A stretch of DNA of 64,000 nucleotides, taken from Okamejei kenojei (lineage: Eukaryota). The notes under the pieces were generated by a model. The model did not search any database, was not told the DNA's origin, and saw nothing but the letters and a program-made list of their open reading frames with translations. Shown here one piece after another: positions 1 through 13,350 of the stretch; position 1 is the stretch's first letter; the number at the start of each line of letters is the position of its first letter. Position numbers and translations under genes: made by a program. Location: assembly GCA_035221665.1 (NCBI GenBank), contig CM069167.1, forward strand, positions 8,494,001 to 8,558,000, given 5' to 3'.

Positions 1-1212
1 CTGCTGGATTTTTTCCATTTCTGCAGAGCATCACAAATATGTATTTGCAATTTGACAGAAAACTGGAACAAGCCTTTGGTATTCAAGATATATAAAACTA
101 AATTTGGAAGATGCTGAGCACTTGGCCATCAAGTAAGCTGACCAAACTTAACCACTGCTCAGCTGGGATTGTGTTGAATGTGGTGCAAATCACAGGTGAT
201 GGTGTGCCTCCCGGCTGGGTGGAAGAAAGCTTGAAAGAGAGGGTGTTACCTACCAGTCCCATCTATTCCCTCTGGTGACTCTTCCCAGTGGGCTTTCATG
301 GTAGGCTGTGTTGCTGTTCTTTTAATGTAGGATTAAAAAGTCAGTTTTTGGATCAAAGGTTTTGTCTGCCATTTTCCTAGCTTAATCTATTTTAGCTATA
401 TGATGGTGAGCTTCCAGTGAAAATGGATGATGTGAGATATTGCTCTGGTTATTGGGAGCTATGCATTAGAAAGACACCAGCCAAAGGATCGTTGGAATTT
501 AGTCATGGCAGTTGTCTGATGAGAATAATGCTGACTGATATTGTAGTCTGCTTTTTATTTAAGGATTATGCTTTATGTGACATAGCAGACTGCAAATTTC
601 ATAGAGCTGAGGATGTTGTTCTGAAAGACAAACCCTGGTTTGCTAGTGATGTTTCTAATAATAATAGGAAGTTCGAGTTTAGTTTTATTTTAAGGATCAG
701 GGGTTTGAATAACAAAGTGAAGGGTGTCAGGCTTTGGGAGATTGAACTAGACTTAGTTTGAGCACTCCTGTTTTGGAATAAGTACCATTTCTGTAACTGA
801 AACTATATATTTATCTTGTGCTGGAACAATGAGATCAGTCATATGGGGTGAGAAAAATACCTGGAATAGCAGAGCTCCTTTTTCAGAAGTCAGAAGAATC
901 ATTATTACTGCCAGCCTATAAATTGCTCGGGGATGGATTGGGGTACAGGTGGAGTGGGGGTATTACATAACCCCTATGTGGAACTCATCTACTTCTGCCT
1001 CTGGTTTGCAGCAGATTTGGCTTGATGGTTAGCAGCATGGCAAATGATAGCATGGGAACTTAAATATTTTCTGATTACAGTTAACCAGATCTGAGATAAT
1101 CTGTCTCAGTTCCTTACTTTAGCCTTCTTCCTCAACTTCTACTCAGTTGGGAAATTGAAATGCCCTTTTTTAGATCCATTCACTCAAACTTCCTGCCGTG
1201 TTAGAAGTTGAA

Positions 1213-1232
1213 GTGTGTGTGTGTGTGTGTGT
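1213..1232. repeat. (GT)n microsatellite
   Basis: About 10 GT units read directly. Confidence 0.95.
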
Positions 1233-1509
1233 ATTCTAATTGCTATAGAAGAATGAGAATTATCCAATATTATGGGTGCTTGCTTTCTTCATGTAAAATT
1301 TTGAATATCCACCTTCAGTGTTCCAACACAAACTTGTCTTCTTCATAGGAATCAATTTTAACCGTTGTTATTCATCCATGTTTTCTTTCTCGTATTGAAA
1401 AAAGATCTTAGTATTATTTACCTCTTGCTTTAAACTACGTCTGAATTATAGCTAAAGTTGTTGAAGAGCAAATGTACCATCAACTTGTGCAAAGCGACAC
1501 TTTGCAAAC

Positions 1510-1950
1510 AGCAAAGGAAGAACTGACATTTCCATATCAATATTCTTGACCTTGGTATATCCTAAAGGCAGTTTACATTTTTTGAAGTTTGTAATTAGGA
1601 AAATCTATCAACTGGATATTGAACAAATTCCTGTAAAAAAAAAATCTTGAGAAAAATTACCAGGTCAGTTGTTTTAGTGGTGGGGCAAAAATTAGAATAC
1701 ATTTTTGCCATAGTTCCTTCCCTCTTTCTTCTCTTTGTTCCTCTTCATATTAGTGTGATTGAATCTTTGTTACCCATATGACCAGGTAATAGTGACGCTC
1801 CAGCTTAATCCCTTGACCCGAAAGCTACTCATCCAAAAAAGCAGCTCTCCCTCGATATTACACTGTAATATTTACCAGGATTGTGTTTATCATCCAAGTA
1901 AGACTTGCGCCCAAAATGGCTAACTTTAGGGCTAGAGTGTGATCACCTGA
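1510..1950 (-). mobile_element. Decayed Deu-domain (AmnSINE/SacSINE-like) SINE
   Basis: Loose resemblance to 38575-38890 (tattacactgtaat / tattgcataagggtgtca, accagg...gttgttttagtg) and to the remembered Deu-domain consensus. Confidence 0.35.
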
Positions 1951-2832
1951 ACTTAGTGTATTGTAGTAAAGCACACTGATGGGTGTGCAGTTTGCTGTAT
2001 TATGAAATGTCTCATGATGTGCCTATCCCCTGAACCTGTATAAAGACTGCAAGTAATACAATTAACTCTACATCTTTAAGAAGTTCCCTTTAAGCCAAGC
2101 AAAAGAACTTTCCCAAGAAAGGCATTTACATTTTACACAAACTACATTTAACAATGTTTAGGATGTCTCTAGCAAATATGCTATCCAGATCTCATTTTAA
2201 AAGTGAAAATGTTTAATTTTAAAACATTTTTTAATTGAAATATAGTTTCAAACATTGGCCCAATCACACATATGTTTGCAATTCTTATAACTATTCAAGC
2301 TAGCAGAAGCTAATGATTGAACATACATACATCTTGATAAACTGCAAATGGAAACCTTCACAATCAAAGAAATGGAACAGAATTGGCTGTATTTTTCTAA
2401 ACTGCCACATCAGTAAAAAAAACAATATATAATGTAAGAAACTTATTAGAATGTCCCCCTTCAATTCTTGTAAAAAGTGACGCCTGTTTGAGCTAAAGTG
2501 GCAAGTGGGCACCTGTTCATGTCTATTACTGTGCAGCCGCATTGCTTTTTAAAAAAAAGCCTTCTTGGGTAGGGAAAGCAGATCCCTTCTCTACAACAGA
2601 CCCAGTCTTCAGGGCCAGGATTTGAGGGTTAATCTGCAGAAGTTTGATTGCAACAGCTGAAAACGTTACCGGGCAGAAAGCCTCCCCTCCTCACGTTGCT
2701 GAAGGCCTGCACTGTGTGCATCACAAATCCTTAAACAGCTGTTCACGATTGACGGATAGACCAATTCACTCACACCCCAGCCATACAGCCCAGGTTCTCC
2801 TTAATTCGAGTGTCCTACAGCAACTTGTAAGC

Positions 2833-2877
2833 ATGTTCAGTGTCTACTGTATGGAATATCCTTACCCAATATTACAG
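2833..2877 (+). CDS. Candidate alternative upstream coding exon of RBFOX2 (MFSVYCMEYPYPILQ)
   Basis: Consensus donor CAG|gtgagt in phase 0 with in-frame ATGs at 2833 and 2851, in non-repetitive sequence. No transcript evidence. Confidence 0.5.
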
Positions 2878-5614
2878 GTGAGTACTGGCGTAGAAATCCA
2901 TGCTTTTCACAGTGTTATTCTCGGCTGAACCAGTGGTAATTTCTTATAAACTGTCCAAGGAATTGATAAGAAAGTGTCTTATGTGCTACGGTGTTCTATG
3001 TCAACAATATAGAGCCAGCATAGCTTCGTAGACCACCAAAAATCAGTTTAGGTGAAGAAGCTTTCTGATTAAATTGTGCTCGAATCCTCTGAGGTTATTT
3101 CTGTACTGCACTGCAGAGTTCTATATATCTTGAAGCAGTACTGCCACAATTTCCATAGAGGGGAGGCTGTAGTATAGCATTTCAAATTCCCAATTTGTAA
3201 GAGTTCTTTTGCTGCATTGATGCACATCATTGTGCAGCCAGTTTTATCATTAGTTTCATACAGGGATGGTTTTGAGACATAATTTCTACACTTGCCGTGG
3301 TTACAATTACTTTGTAATGCCAATAATATTTACAAACTATTTTGTAAGGAGAGATTAGCTTGCTTGTAAAGCTTGGAAAAATTCCAATAAACTAAACCTT
3401 TCAGTGAATTGGCACACGGCATTGTGTAAATTTAGTTAACTACAGACGACCCCTGCGTTAAGAGTGTGCTGTTCTTAGATTCCAGACTTTCTTGTGATTT
3501 TCCATAATTCAAAAACAAGTCATCTGCGCATGCATCAAAAAATTCAAGTGTAAGAAAACTAAATTTTGTGTTGATTTATTTCTTTACACACGTTTTCTGC
3601 AAAGAGTGGATTTTGTTGCATATCTCAAATTTTTGGGTAGTGATTTGTGAATTATGTGAGGGCAAACTTCCGTAACGTGAACAGTAGTAACATGGAAGTT
3701 TAAATACTTTTATACAAAGATTTGGAAGCTCTAGCATAGTTGCAAAATGCAACCCAAGTCAACTTAGTATAACAGAATAAAAAGGTAATAGATTTGATTT
3801 ATTGTAGTTTGTGTGCAACTAATTAGGTTTCAGAGGATTTCCAATTTGCCTCAGTGACAGAAAAATCGACCAAATTTTTGCTTTCTGTCCATTGATTGTT
3901 GCTGGAAAGTTTAAGTGCAGACATGAGGTGAAGAATTGGTTTGGTCTCAGCTGTGACTGTTTCCCCTTTAATTCCATTTGCTGCTAGGTTTGTACAATGA
4001 CTACTTGAATAACATCAGCTGCAGTTGAGAAGCACTTTATTGAACATAAAGCGCTTCGAGGTGTCTTGAGGACATGATGAGGTACTTTATAAATGCAAGT
4101 GCTTTTGTCACTTGGGTGAGTTAATGTTACTACCTCTCCCAAGTACCATTTGAGATGATAACCACTGAATTAATGAGCAGCTAGAGAAGAGGAAAAAATA
4201 AGGTGTAAAACCAAAAGTTTCATTCTTCCCTATAGTTTTTAAACTACATTTTCGTAGTTGCTCCAGCTGAGTGTGGTTGATTGCCAAGTTAAGAATTCAC
4301 TGTATGTAAAATTATGCAAATCTAAATCTTGTAAATTATTGGATATCTTTTAGGTACTCGAATTCTAATGCCAATTATGAAACTACATCAAAGACTTAAA
4401 TACGTATATAATTTTGTAGACCTAACCAAATACATTTGTTTACCAAGATTTTCCTCAAACAATGTTCCTGTACTTTTTTCCTTCACATATTAAAGTCTTC
4501 TCTGTCATATTAGTGATCGTATGAATATCTTGCCACATTTGCATAGTGCAGTTTCTACTTGTTTTCTCTCATTACTGGATCACAATCTTGGAATTTTGCA
4601 CTCATACGTATCTTACCATAAGGCAGAAGTAGCCCCATATGGCTAAGTTGATAAATTATGCAAACATTTGTGGCCTCCTTACACAAACTTCTTACTTTGT
4701 AGAGACAGGGTTAATTCACAGTTTATGAATGTATGTAAATGGAAGTTTTTTTTTAAAGAGTCAATGTAAATAAGTAAGTGGAGTACATAGAGCTTATTCA
4801 AAAACACCTTTGTATATAACTAAATGCACTTTTAATCTTTAAGTTTTTAAACTTAAAACTTGTTTTAATAAATAGTGATGTTAATAGGATTTTAATCCTG
4901 CTGATGCAACTTATTTCTAAATCAGGTGGAGTGATGGGCACAGATGGACAAGAATGTTTAGCTGCAGGCTGCTCGGACATGCCAAGCTTAAAATAGTACT
5001 ACTTGCAAGGCAGCAAAAGCATATTACAGTTTGAGATCTTGTTTTAATCTTCTTAGTTACGTTAATTCTTGTCTCTCACTCTGGTTGCATCTCTGGTACA
5101 ACTATTTGATCCCTTGAGGTACAAAGACCTATAAAATCAAATATGTTTATGCCACAGGATGAGGCCAATTAGTCCAGCCTAGCCAAAAATGGACAAGATT
5201 AATTCACTACCTAGCTATTGCGATCCATACCCTGCAGGTTATAAGTCTTCAAACTGATTGACTGTTAACTACTTTCACGACTTACCTTAAGGATATGTAG
5301 AAATGCACTCCAAGTCCCCTGTGCTTCTAAACAATGCCATTCTAAAACAGACTCTGACTTGCCATTTTCCATAAAATCTCTGACTTTTGTTTTCTTGATC
5401 AATTTGTCATATGGAACTTTTTCATTACAAAATGCTCCAATCTCATTGATTTCCCTTGCTAACTCAAAAAAGCTTAATTATACTTGGGCATTTACCTGCA
5501 TTAACAAATTAATGCATTTCCTTCATAACCCATGCCTTTATAAAGTCAGGTTTGTGCCACTCCTCAGATGTTTTTCAAATAATTTGTCCCTGAAAGCAAT
5601 GCAAGTGGATAGGT

Positions 5615-5760
5615 TGGGAAGGTAGATTCTTGATTAGTACGGGTGTCAGAAGTTATGGGACGAAGGAAGGAGAATGGGGTGAGGAAGGAGAGATAGATCA
5701 GCCATGATTGAATGCCGTAGACTTGATGAGCCGATGGTCTAATTCTGCTCCTATCACTTA
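5615..5760 (+). mobile_element. CR1 LINE 3' tail fragment
   Basis: gatagatcagccatgattgaatg...aattctgctcctatcactta; a reverse-complement copy lies at 47445-47572. Confidence 0.8.
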
Positions 5761-5964
5761 GGATATTATGATAAAGGAAGCACACGGAATGTGAAGTAGT
5801 TTTTGTTTTATGTAGTGGTAGAAGCAGATATGATTGCAACATTTGAGAGGCATTTTGACAGTCCCGTGAACAGGTAGCAAATAGAGAGAAATGGACAATA
5901 TTCAGGCAGTTTGCAGCACACTCCCACAACCCGTGGAGAAAGGAACTGCAGATGCTGCTTTTTA

Positions 5965-6505
5965 TGGATGGAGGGAGTGACTGAGGGTAAGGGAGGGAGA
6001 GGTGAGGGAGGGATTAGGGGAGGGGAAAGATCCTGGGGAGGTGAAGAGGGAGGGGGGAAAGTGGGGGAGGAGGGGGAATAGAGGGAGAGGGCTGTGGGGG
6101 TCGGGAATGGATAGGAGGAGGTGAGGAGTGGGGGATAGACGGATAGGGAGGGGAGAGGAGTTATGAAGGGAGGGAGTGACTGAGGGTAGGGGAAAAGAGA
6201 GGTGGGGAGGGGAGGAGGAGAGGGGAAAGAAGAGGGAAGGTGAAGAGGAGTGGAGGAGGTGTTGGGGGATGAGCGGAAATGATCCGTGCCTGCGCAGTTG
6301 GGGGGACGGGTTGCATTGGGGGATTCCACCACCCACCCGTTCCCCCAATATTGCGTTGTGGGGACGGGTTGCATTGGGGGAACAGGTGAGTGGTGGAATA
6401 TTGCATTGGGGAACAGGTTGCGTTGGAATATTGCATTGGGGAACGGGTTGCGTTGGGGGACCAGGCCTCCCATGTGACGGACCCAACAGGTCCCACTTGG
6501 TCTAA
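5965..6505 (+). mobile_element. Non-autonomous Helitron-like element, 3' part
   Basis: Purine-rich tract and gttgcattggggga tandem units, then hairpin ggacc-caaca-ggtcc and terminal CTAA|T. Shares its 3' end with 13992-15147. Confidence 0.65.
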
Positions 6506-6885
6506 TAGAAACATGTAAAATTGTAAGAGACATGTAAGAGATTGGGCAGGCTAGATGCAGGAAAAATGTTCCCGAAGTTGGGGGAGTCCAGAACCAGGCG
6601 TTTAAGTTTAGACCATTTGGGACTGAGATGAGGAAAAACGTTTTCACCCAGAGAGTTGTGAATCTCTGGCATTCTCTGCCACAGAAGGCAGTGGAGGCCA
6701 ATTCACTGGATGTTTTCAAGGGAGCACCAGATTTAGCTCTTAGGGTTAAAGGAATCAAGGGATATGGGGAAAAAGCAGGAACGGGGAACTGATATTAGAT
6801 GATCACGCATGATCATATTGAATGGCGGTGCTGGCTCGTTGGGCTGAATGGCCTACTCCTGCACCTATTTTTCTATGTTTCCATG
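6506..6885 (+). mobile_element. CR1 LINE 3' end
   Basis: ORF2 C-terminal DNA (gagatgaggaaaaacgttttcacccagagagttgtgaatctctgg), then tail gaatggcctactcctgcacctatttttctatgtttc. Confidence 0.92.
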
Positions 6886-7239
6886 AAGACTGCAAACGAG
6901 TCATTCAGAACTTCAAACTCAGGCTGACATTTTGAGGTCCAAATCCTCTTTCCTCTTCATGTACTAGTTGATGTAATTCGATACTTACCATCAAATCTAG
7001 CTTGATAATATAAACATTATCAGGTCTTTCTCACTGTTGGCCAAACTGATTCAAAAATCACTTTCAAATGCAATGATTATAGCTGCAAGCTGTCACTTTA
7101 ATCACATTCTGCACTTTGTATCTTTTCCCTTTGTTCTACCTATTGTGCATGGCTTGAATTGGATCTTTGTGTAGTATTATCTAATTTGATTGGATATAAT
7201 GTACAATAAAGCTTTTGCTGTACCTTTATATACATGAGG

Positions 7240-7408
7240 GATAAGAGGGAGTTAGATGTGGCCCTTGTGGCTAAAGGGATCAGGGGGTATAGAGAGAAGG
7301 CAGATAAGGGATACCGAGTTGGATGATCAGCCATGATCATATTGAATGGCGGTGCAGGCTCGAAGGGCCGAATGGCTGACTCCTGCACCTACTTTCTATG
7401 TTTCTATG
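7240..7408 (+). mobile_element. CR1 3' tail inserted in the end of another repeat
   Basis: Same tail as the 27447 and 58134 copies, ending in (tttctatg)2. Confidence 0.88.
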
Positions 7409-7479
7409 ACAATAATAAACTTAAACCATTTCTCTTGTCTCTGCCATGGTTACGTACAACTCTGATTCTAACTGGGTTT

Positions 7480-8900
7480 AACTGCCACTTTTCTCCCTTT
7501 CTCTCCCAAAGTGCAACACCTCATACTTGTCTGGATTAAATTCCATATACTGTTTCTCCGCCCATCTTTCTAACTGATCTATACCTGCTGCATCATTCAG
7601 CCAATTTTTGTGTCGTCTGTAAACATAATAATAAATCCACTGTTGTCCAAATCATATATTACAAACAACAGAGGCCCTTGCGTTCCTCCCCGTGGTACAC
7701 CACTGGTCACGGCAGTATAGTCATAATAATACACTTTCACAACTCTCCTCTGTTACCAAGCAAATTTTGAATACTATCTACCAAATCCCAGTGAATCCCA
7801 TGTGCCTTAATCTTCTGGATAAGCCTGCAATATGGGACCTTATTGAATGCTTCGCTAAAGTCCCCTGAGATAGCATCCACAGCCCTACCCTTGCCAGTCA
7901 TCTTTGTCACCTCAAAAAAAATCAATCAAGTTTGTAAGTCAGGACGTTCCCTGCAGTCATACTGACTATTCCTATTAAGTCCATGCTTTTCCAGATGTGA
8001 ATAAATTCTTTCCCCTAGAATTCCCATAATTTCCATCCCCACTGACGCAAGGATCGCTTGCATATAATTTCCTGGTTTGTCCGTACTGTCCTTATTAAAC
8101 AAAGGAACAGCATTGGCTATTCTCCGGTCATCTGGGGTGTCAAAGAGAGAATATAAAGATCACTATCAAAGCCCCAGTAATCTCTCTTGCCTCTCTCAAT
8201 AACCTGGGATAGATCCCATCAGGGATCTGGGGACATCCACCTTAATAGAAACATAGAAAATAGGTGCAGGAATAGGCCATTCGGCCCTTAGAGCCTGCAC
8301 CGCCATTCAATATGATCATGGCTGATTAATGTTCTTCAACATCACCACCAGCTTGACATCAACATGCCCTACAACATCAGGATACCTCTCCCTATCACCC
8401 ACATCCTCCTCCTTGTAAATACAGATGTGAAGTACGTTTTTAGTATCTTGCCCTTATCTTCTGGCTCCAGGCATAAATTTACCCCTTTATCTTTGAGTGG
8501 TCCTACCTTCTTCTTAGCTACCACCTTGTATTTTAATGTGTGTATTAAGTACCTTGGTATTCTCCTCAATACTACCTGCCATGGAAATTTCATGGCCCCA
8601 CTTAGAACTGCTGACTCTATTTAAATTATTTTCTACTTCCTTTACATTCTTTAAGGCCCCCTGTCAAATTTTAGCTTCCTAAACCTCACATGCTTCCTTT
8701 ACTCTCTAAAATTACAATATCTCCTGCTGTCTGAGTTTCCTAAACCTTGTCATCCTTGTTTGCCTTTCACACAGGAATATGTTGGTCCTGAGTTTAACCA
8801 GAATTCAAACGAATTCCAACTGTTGGGTGTGGATTTACCTCTTAACAGCTTCCAATGTACTCCCTCTTGCTCCTGCCTGATACTGTTGTAATTAGCCTTG
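7480..8900 (-). mobile_element. Old CR1 ORF2 (RT) remnant with a nested short CR1 tail at ~8245-8325
   Basis: Minus-strand peptides GRAVDAISGDFSEAFNKVPYCRLIQKIKAHGI and VGPLKDKGVNLCLE...ILKTYFTSVFT. The nested tail is flanked by ttaat on both sides. Confidence 0.85.
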
Positions 8901-8924
8901 CCCCCCCCCCCCCCCCCCCCCGGA

Positions 8925-9600
8925 CCAACCACACAGAAGCTATGGCCAAGAAAACATAGCAAAGCCTATTTCCTCTGTAGACTAAACTTCTTGTCATTTT
9001 ACAGTGACTCTTACCAACTGCTACAGATGCACCATAGAAAGCATCTGGTCACAATGCATTGCAGCTTGGTATGGCAACAACCCTGCCTAAGAAGTTGCAG
9101 AGCGTTGTGGATGTAACCCAGTCATTCACATAGACCCAGTCTCCCCACCATCGACTATCTTCACTTCACGCTGCCTTGGGAAAACAGACAACAGAATTTT
9201 CACCCTGGTCATTCCTTATTCTCCCCTCTCCCAACGAACAGAAGATGCCAAAGGTGTAAAGCACATACCGGCAAATTCAGGAACAGCTCTTCCCCATTGT
9301 AATCAGATTACTGAATGTTTTCCCATAAGCTAAAGTGCAGTCCCGATCCCCCAAAGTCCAGACTTTAAGCCTTTTCTTCGTAACTGTAATGCTATAATGA
9401 TGTATACTATATTCTGGACTTCTAGTATTCTAGTATAACACTATATTCTGCATTCTAGTATTTTTATCTTTACATTACCTGTTGTACTTATGAATGGCTT
9501 AATTGTACTTGTGTATAGTATGATTTGTTTTTACTAGATAGCACACAGCCAACAGCTTTTCACTGTATCTTAGTACATAAGACAATGATAACCAATACAA
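8925..9600 (+). mobile_element. Decayed Rex1/Babar-like LINE 3' region
   Basis: caccatagaaagcatctggtc...tggtatggcaac...aaattcaggaacagctcttcccc, related to 12345-12410. Confidence 0.6.
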
Positions 9601-12339
9601 CTATCTGAAAATGTAGGCAGTTGTGATCACTCTTCCCAAAATGATTTCCCACTCTGATCACCTTGTTAGGCTCATTATCCATACAAGTTCTAGTCTGGCC
9701 CCTTCCCTACTTAAACTATGGACCTCTAAGACTTGGCTGTTACAATATATTCTGGCCTGGTCACCAACGCTAACCCCACATCGTCATTCTCTCTCTAAAC
9801 TTAAGGTCATCCAAATCTCTAATGCCCAGAACCTAACTTGTAAATTTTCCCTTTAAAATAAATGCTTAATCCACTAAATAATGCATCTGGTGTTTAAAAT
9901 AATTCCCGCTATTCCATAAAGGACAATTAGGTTCTCTTGAACAGGGTCTTATTAATCACCGAAGCAAGGTTGCACTTGCCCTAGCGTAGTGTTTCAGTTC
10001 TAATTAAAAAAAGCCTGAGGAAGTGAGCAATGTTATTTGTGCAGGTACATGTTTTATTTCACTGTAGTACTCGTGTATTTTAGATAATGTAGTTATGTAT
10101 TAATCTAGCTGCATGTGATCAAAGTAATGCCAGTAACTGGGACAATTTCACAAGTGTTACCACTCTCTAAAGTTGTGTCGCACAGTGGATTTTGCCATTG
10201 CGTTGACTATAAGGCTAAGTAGAAATGTTCCGGCATGAACCTATTGACATGTGTTGCAGTTTAACTACACTGCGCAACAAAATCACCAGTTGCTCCTGTA
10301 TCTTTGGAACAAAGGCCTTACTGTTAGTAAAATGATTTCATGAAATGTAAAGAGCACATTATATCGCATACTCACAAAACCTGATGGCTAAAAATTCTAA
10401 GTTTTGGAATAAATTATTTACTACAGCAAAGTGTTCATCTTGATTCAATCATCTTTTTAAAATTGTGTGTAACATGAACTTCAACTCTGAACGCTTTTTA
10501 ACTGTGCAACTTAAAGCCGAGATATTTTTCCCTACATGGTAATTGTTAACTTGCTGTGCTTCTAACACTTGTTGGACAGGAAATTTCAATGTTAAATGAA
10601 ATATATTAAACAGATGTTGCATAGTTTAATATTAAAATGCCGTGAAGAATTTGTTTACATGAAAGATGATCTAAAGCTGTGTTCAGGGGGGAAATGGTCA
10701 TTCAGATGAGAGAAAACCAGCCGTAAACCTTCAGTTGTGTAACCTGCTAGTAGGAGAGAGATCTGATATCTGATAAGTTCTTGATATTCATCCAATAACT
10801 AATGAAGGATTATCTAGTCGTGAGGATGAGAGTGGGTCAGAGACTCAATTGCGCATTCCACAGTCTAATATCACTCCCAGTCTAGACATGTACATGAAGA
10901 ATTAACCTCTTGGGGAGGTGTCTGAAGACTGCCAATAACTCAGAAGTAGTCCCCGAAACCAGGAGAGTGAAAAAATATACCACTATATGTTTATGTTTTC
11001 AATGTTGATTTATCCAATTAAGTTTAACTTCTACTTGAACAAATTTTACTTGGCGTGGAGAGCGGTATAGTTCATTAACCTAATCCTTGGATAATATTGG
11101 TAATTGTCGTGATTTAATTATCTTTATCGTAACTAACAGCTTGGTGTAATTGGTCGCATTCTTTTGTCCAAGTTTAAAGTTGAGATAGGTTCAAGATCCA
11201 TTTAAGAACATATCCCTCATCTAATACTAAGGCTTCACCGATCTTTCCAGTTTAAAAAAACATCTCATTGTTTCTTGAAAAGGGACTTCTTAATATGCTT
11301 TTTTTCAATTGAAAATTGCAGGACCATGCTGTGTACAAAATGGCTGCCAGATTTGCCAATGTAATAAATGGCTGCACTTGAATTAAATGTGATATGCCTC
11401 GAGTGGTTATATGATGATGTTTATATAAATAAATCCTATCTTACCACTTTTGGCCAGTTTAATTTACTATTTGTGTTGTCTTAGCAACACTTTATTGTTA
11501 ATCAAAAAGAAGAAATCAAAAGAAGGTTTTCTAAAAATTGAACAATTCTGCTGATTGTAAACTGTTTGTTTCGGTAGTTTGTTATCTCCAACTTTTACTT
11601 GAGTTACACTAGATATATGTGCAGCAAAACAAAACATTTTTTTGACATGCCAGATTTCAATTTTTCTACAAGAAAATCTGCAATTTTCATTTCAATTCTG
11701 CAAGCTTACTGTTTAATATGCAATATATCCACTAATGGTACTCTCACATATCTATGGTATAAATAGTTATTTGATATGTCCTATGTAGACTTCGGGGTAT
11801 CGGGTATACAAATCAAAAACTGAGGCATACAAATCAAGCCCAGTTTAGGTGCCATTCAGTTGTGCATTATGTTTTTGAAGTATGTGCATTTATATCTCTA
11901 ACTTTCTGTAGCTTTTGTTACGATTGACCACACTGTCATCCTCCAATTCTCTATCTGTTGTCTAGCTCAGTTAGGACTGCTGGTACTTAATTCCAATCTT
12001 ACATAATTCATAGCCAGAGCATCCCTAGTGCATTCAACATTGAACTATTTCTCTGGAGATTCTCGAGGATTCTGGGGCATACACTCAAACTCTGTATCTG
12101 TTCACATTGCCAGTTGCTTCTGTAAACATTTAGATTACCTGGCCTCGCCCTGTCAGAGAAGTTTTCTTTGTCCTGTCAACCGCTCCCCCACCCTCTCTGC
12201 AACTTTAAACAAACTTGTTTTCTCACTTTCCTGGTTCTTCTCTTTTACTGGCTCAGCCTGCCCTGCTGAGTGCTTCCACCATTCTCTGTTTTACTCTTTA
12301 TTTGCACTCCTACTTTATTCCACCTCTATATTCTACTGG

Positions 12340-13350
12340 AGCCTGAAAACTGTAATGGCCAGGTTCAGGAACAGCTTCTTCCCTACAGCCACCAGGCTAT
12401 TAAACACGACAACTTCAAATAAACTCTGAACTACAATGGACTATATTATTATTATTATTATTATTATTGCACTACTATTGTTTGTTTTTTGTGTGTACGC
12501 ATGTGTGTGTGTTCCGGGCGTTTGTATGGGGGGGGGGGGCATGCGACGTCACACACACTAACCACCGCCACACACACACACTAACTACCCCCCTTAATAT
12601 TATATTAATATTATTAATTTGCTCCTTTTACCCCATAACTGCCCTATCTACTGACGCATAGCCCCCAACTCGAATGGGGAGAGACAGAAGGGCAAGAGAC
12701 AGAGGGAGAGGGGGGTGGAGGGGAGGAGAGGGAGGGTGGGTGAGGTGGGGAGGAGAGAGAGGGGGCTGAAAAGGGGGGGAGGGGGGGGATGGGAAGGGAG
12801 GGTGAGGGTGGAGGGAAGGGGAGGGGGTGGTGGGAAGGGGAAGGTGATTTGGGGAGGAAGGGGGGAGAGGGAGTGTGGAGAGGGAGAGAGGAGAGGGAGA
12901 GATGGGGAGGGGAGAAGAGACACAGAGAAACAATAAAAATCAATACTATGGAAAAAAAGAAATAATCGATGCTTTAGCCCACAGTTGGGGGGGGTGGGGT
13001 GGCAGGAGGTAGTTGGGCCTCAATTGGTGGGCATTGTGACGTCAGCAGCTGGTAAGCGGCGATTATTTTTTAAAAAGTTAGTTTTGTGAACAATTTTATT
13101 CAAAATCTGTGGAAATAATTGACCAAGGAGTGTGTGTGCACACACATGCACACTCTTAAATGTATATAGATATTTATATATGTGTGTGTATATGTATATA
13201 TATGTGTGAGTATGTGTATACACACTGATTTTTTTACTCTTGTTTATTATATTGTTTACAATGTACTATGTTTACACATTCTGTTGTGCTACAGAAAGTA
13301 AGAATTTCATTGTTCTATCTGAGACATGACAATAAAACACTCTTAACTCG
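12340..13350 (+). mobile_element. Rex1/Babar-like LINE 3' end split by an insertion at ~12512-13128
   Basis: Peptide SLKTVMARFRNSFFPTATRLLN, then (att)n and a TG/TA microsatellite, ending in catgacaataaaacactctt. Confidence 0.7.

Noticed and set aside
6297-6460. Short repeats with spacers resembling a CRISPR array
   Set aside because: Degenerate tandem units within a eukaryotic repeat; the spacers are themselves repeated and there are no cas genes.
5808-6758. 316-aa minus-strand ORF and overlapping Pro/Ser-rich ORFs
   Set aside because: It spans an antisense CR1 and a low-complexity purine tract; the lack of stops is compositional.
12628-12943. Cluster of Pro-rich and Gly/Arg-rich ORFs
   Set aside because: Translation of a G/A low-complexity tract.
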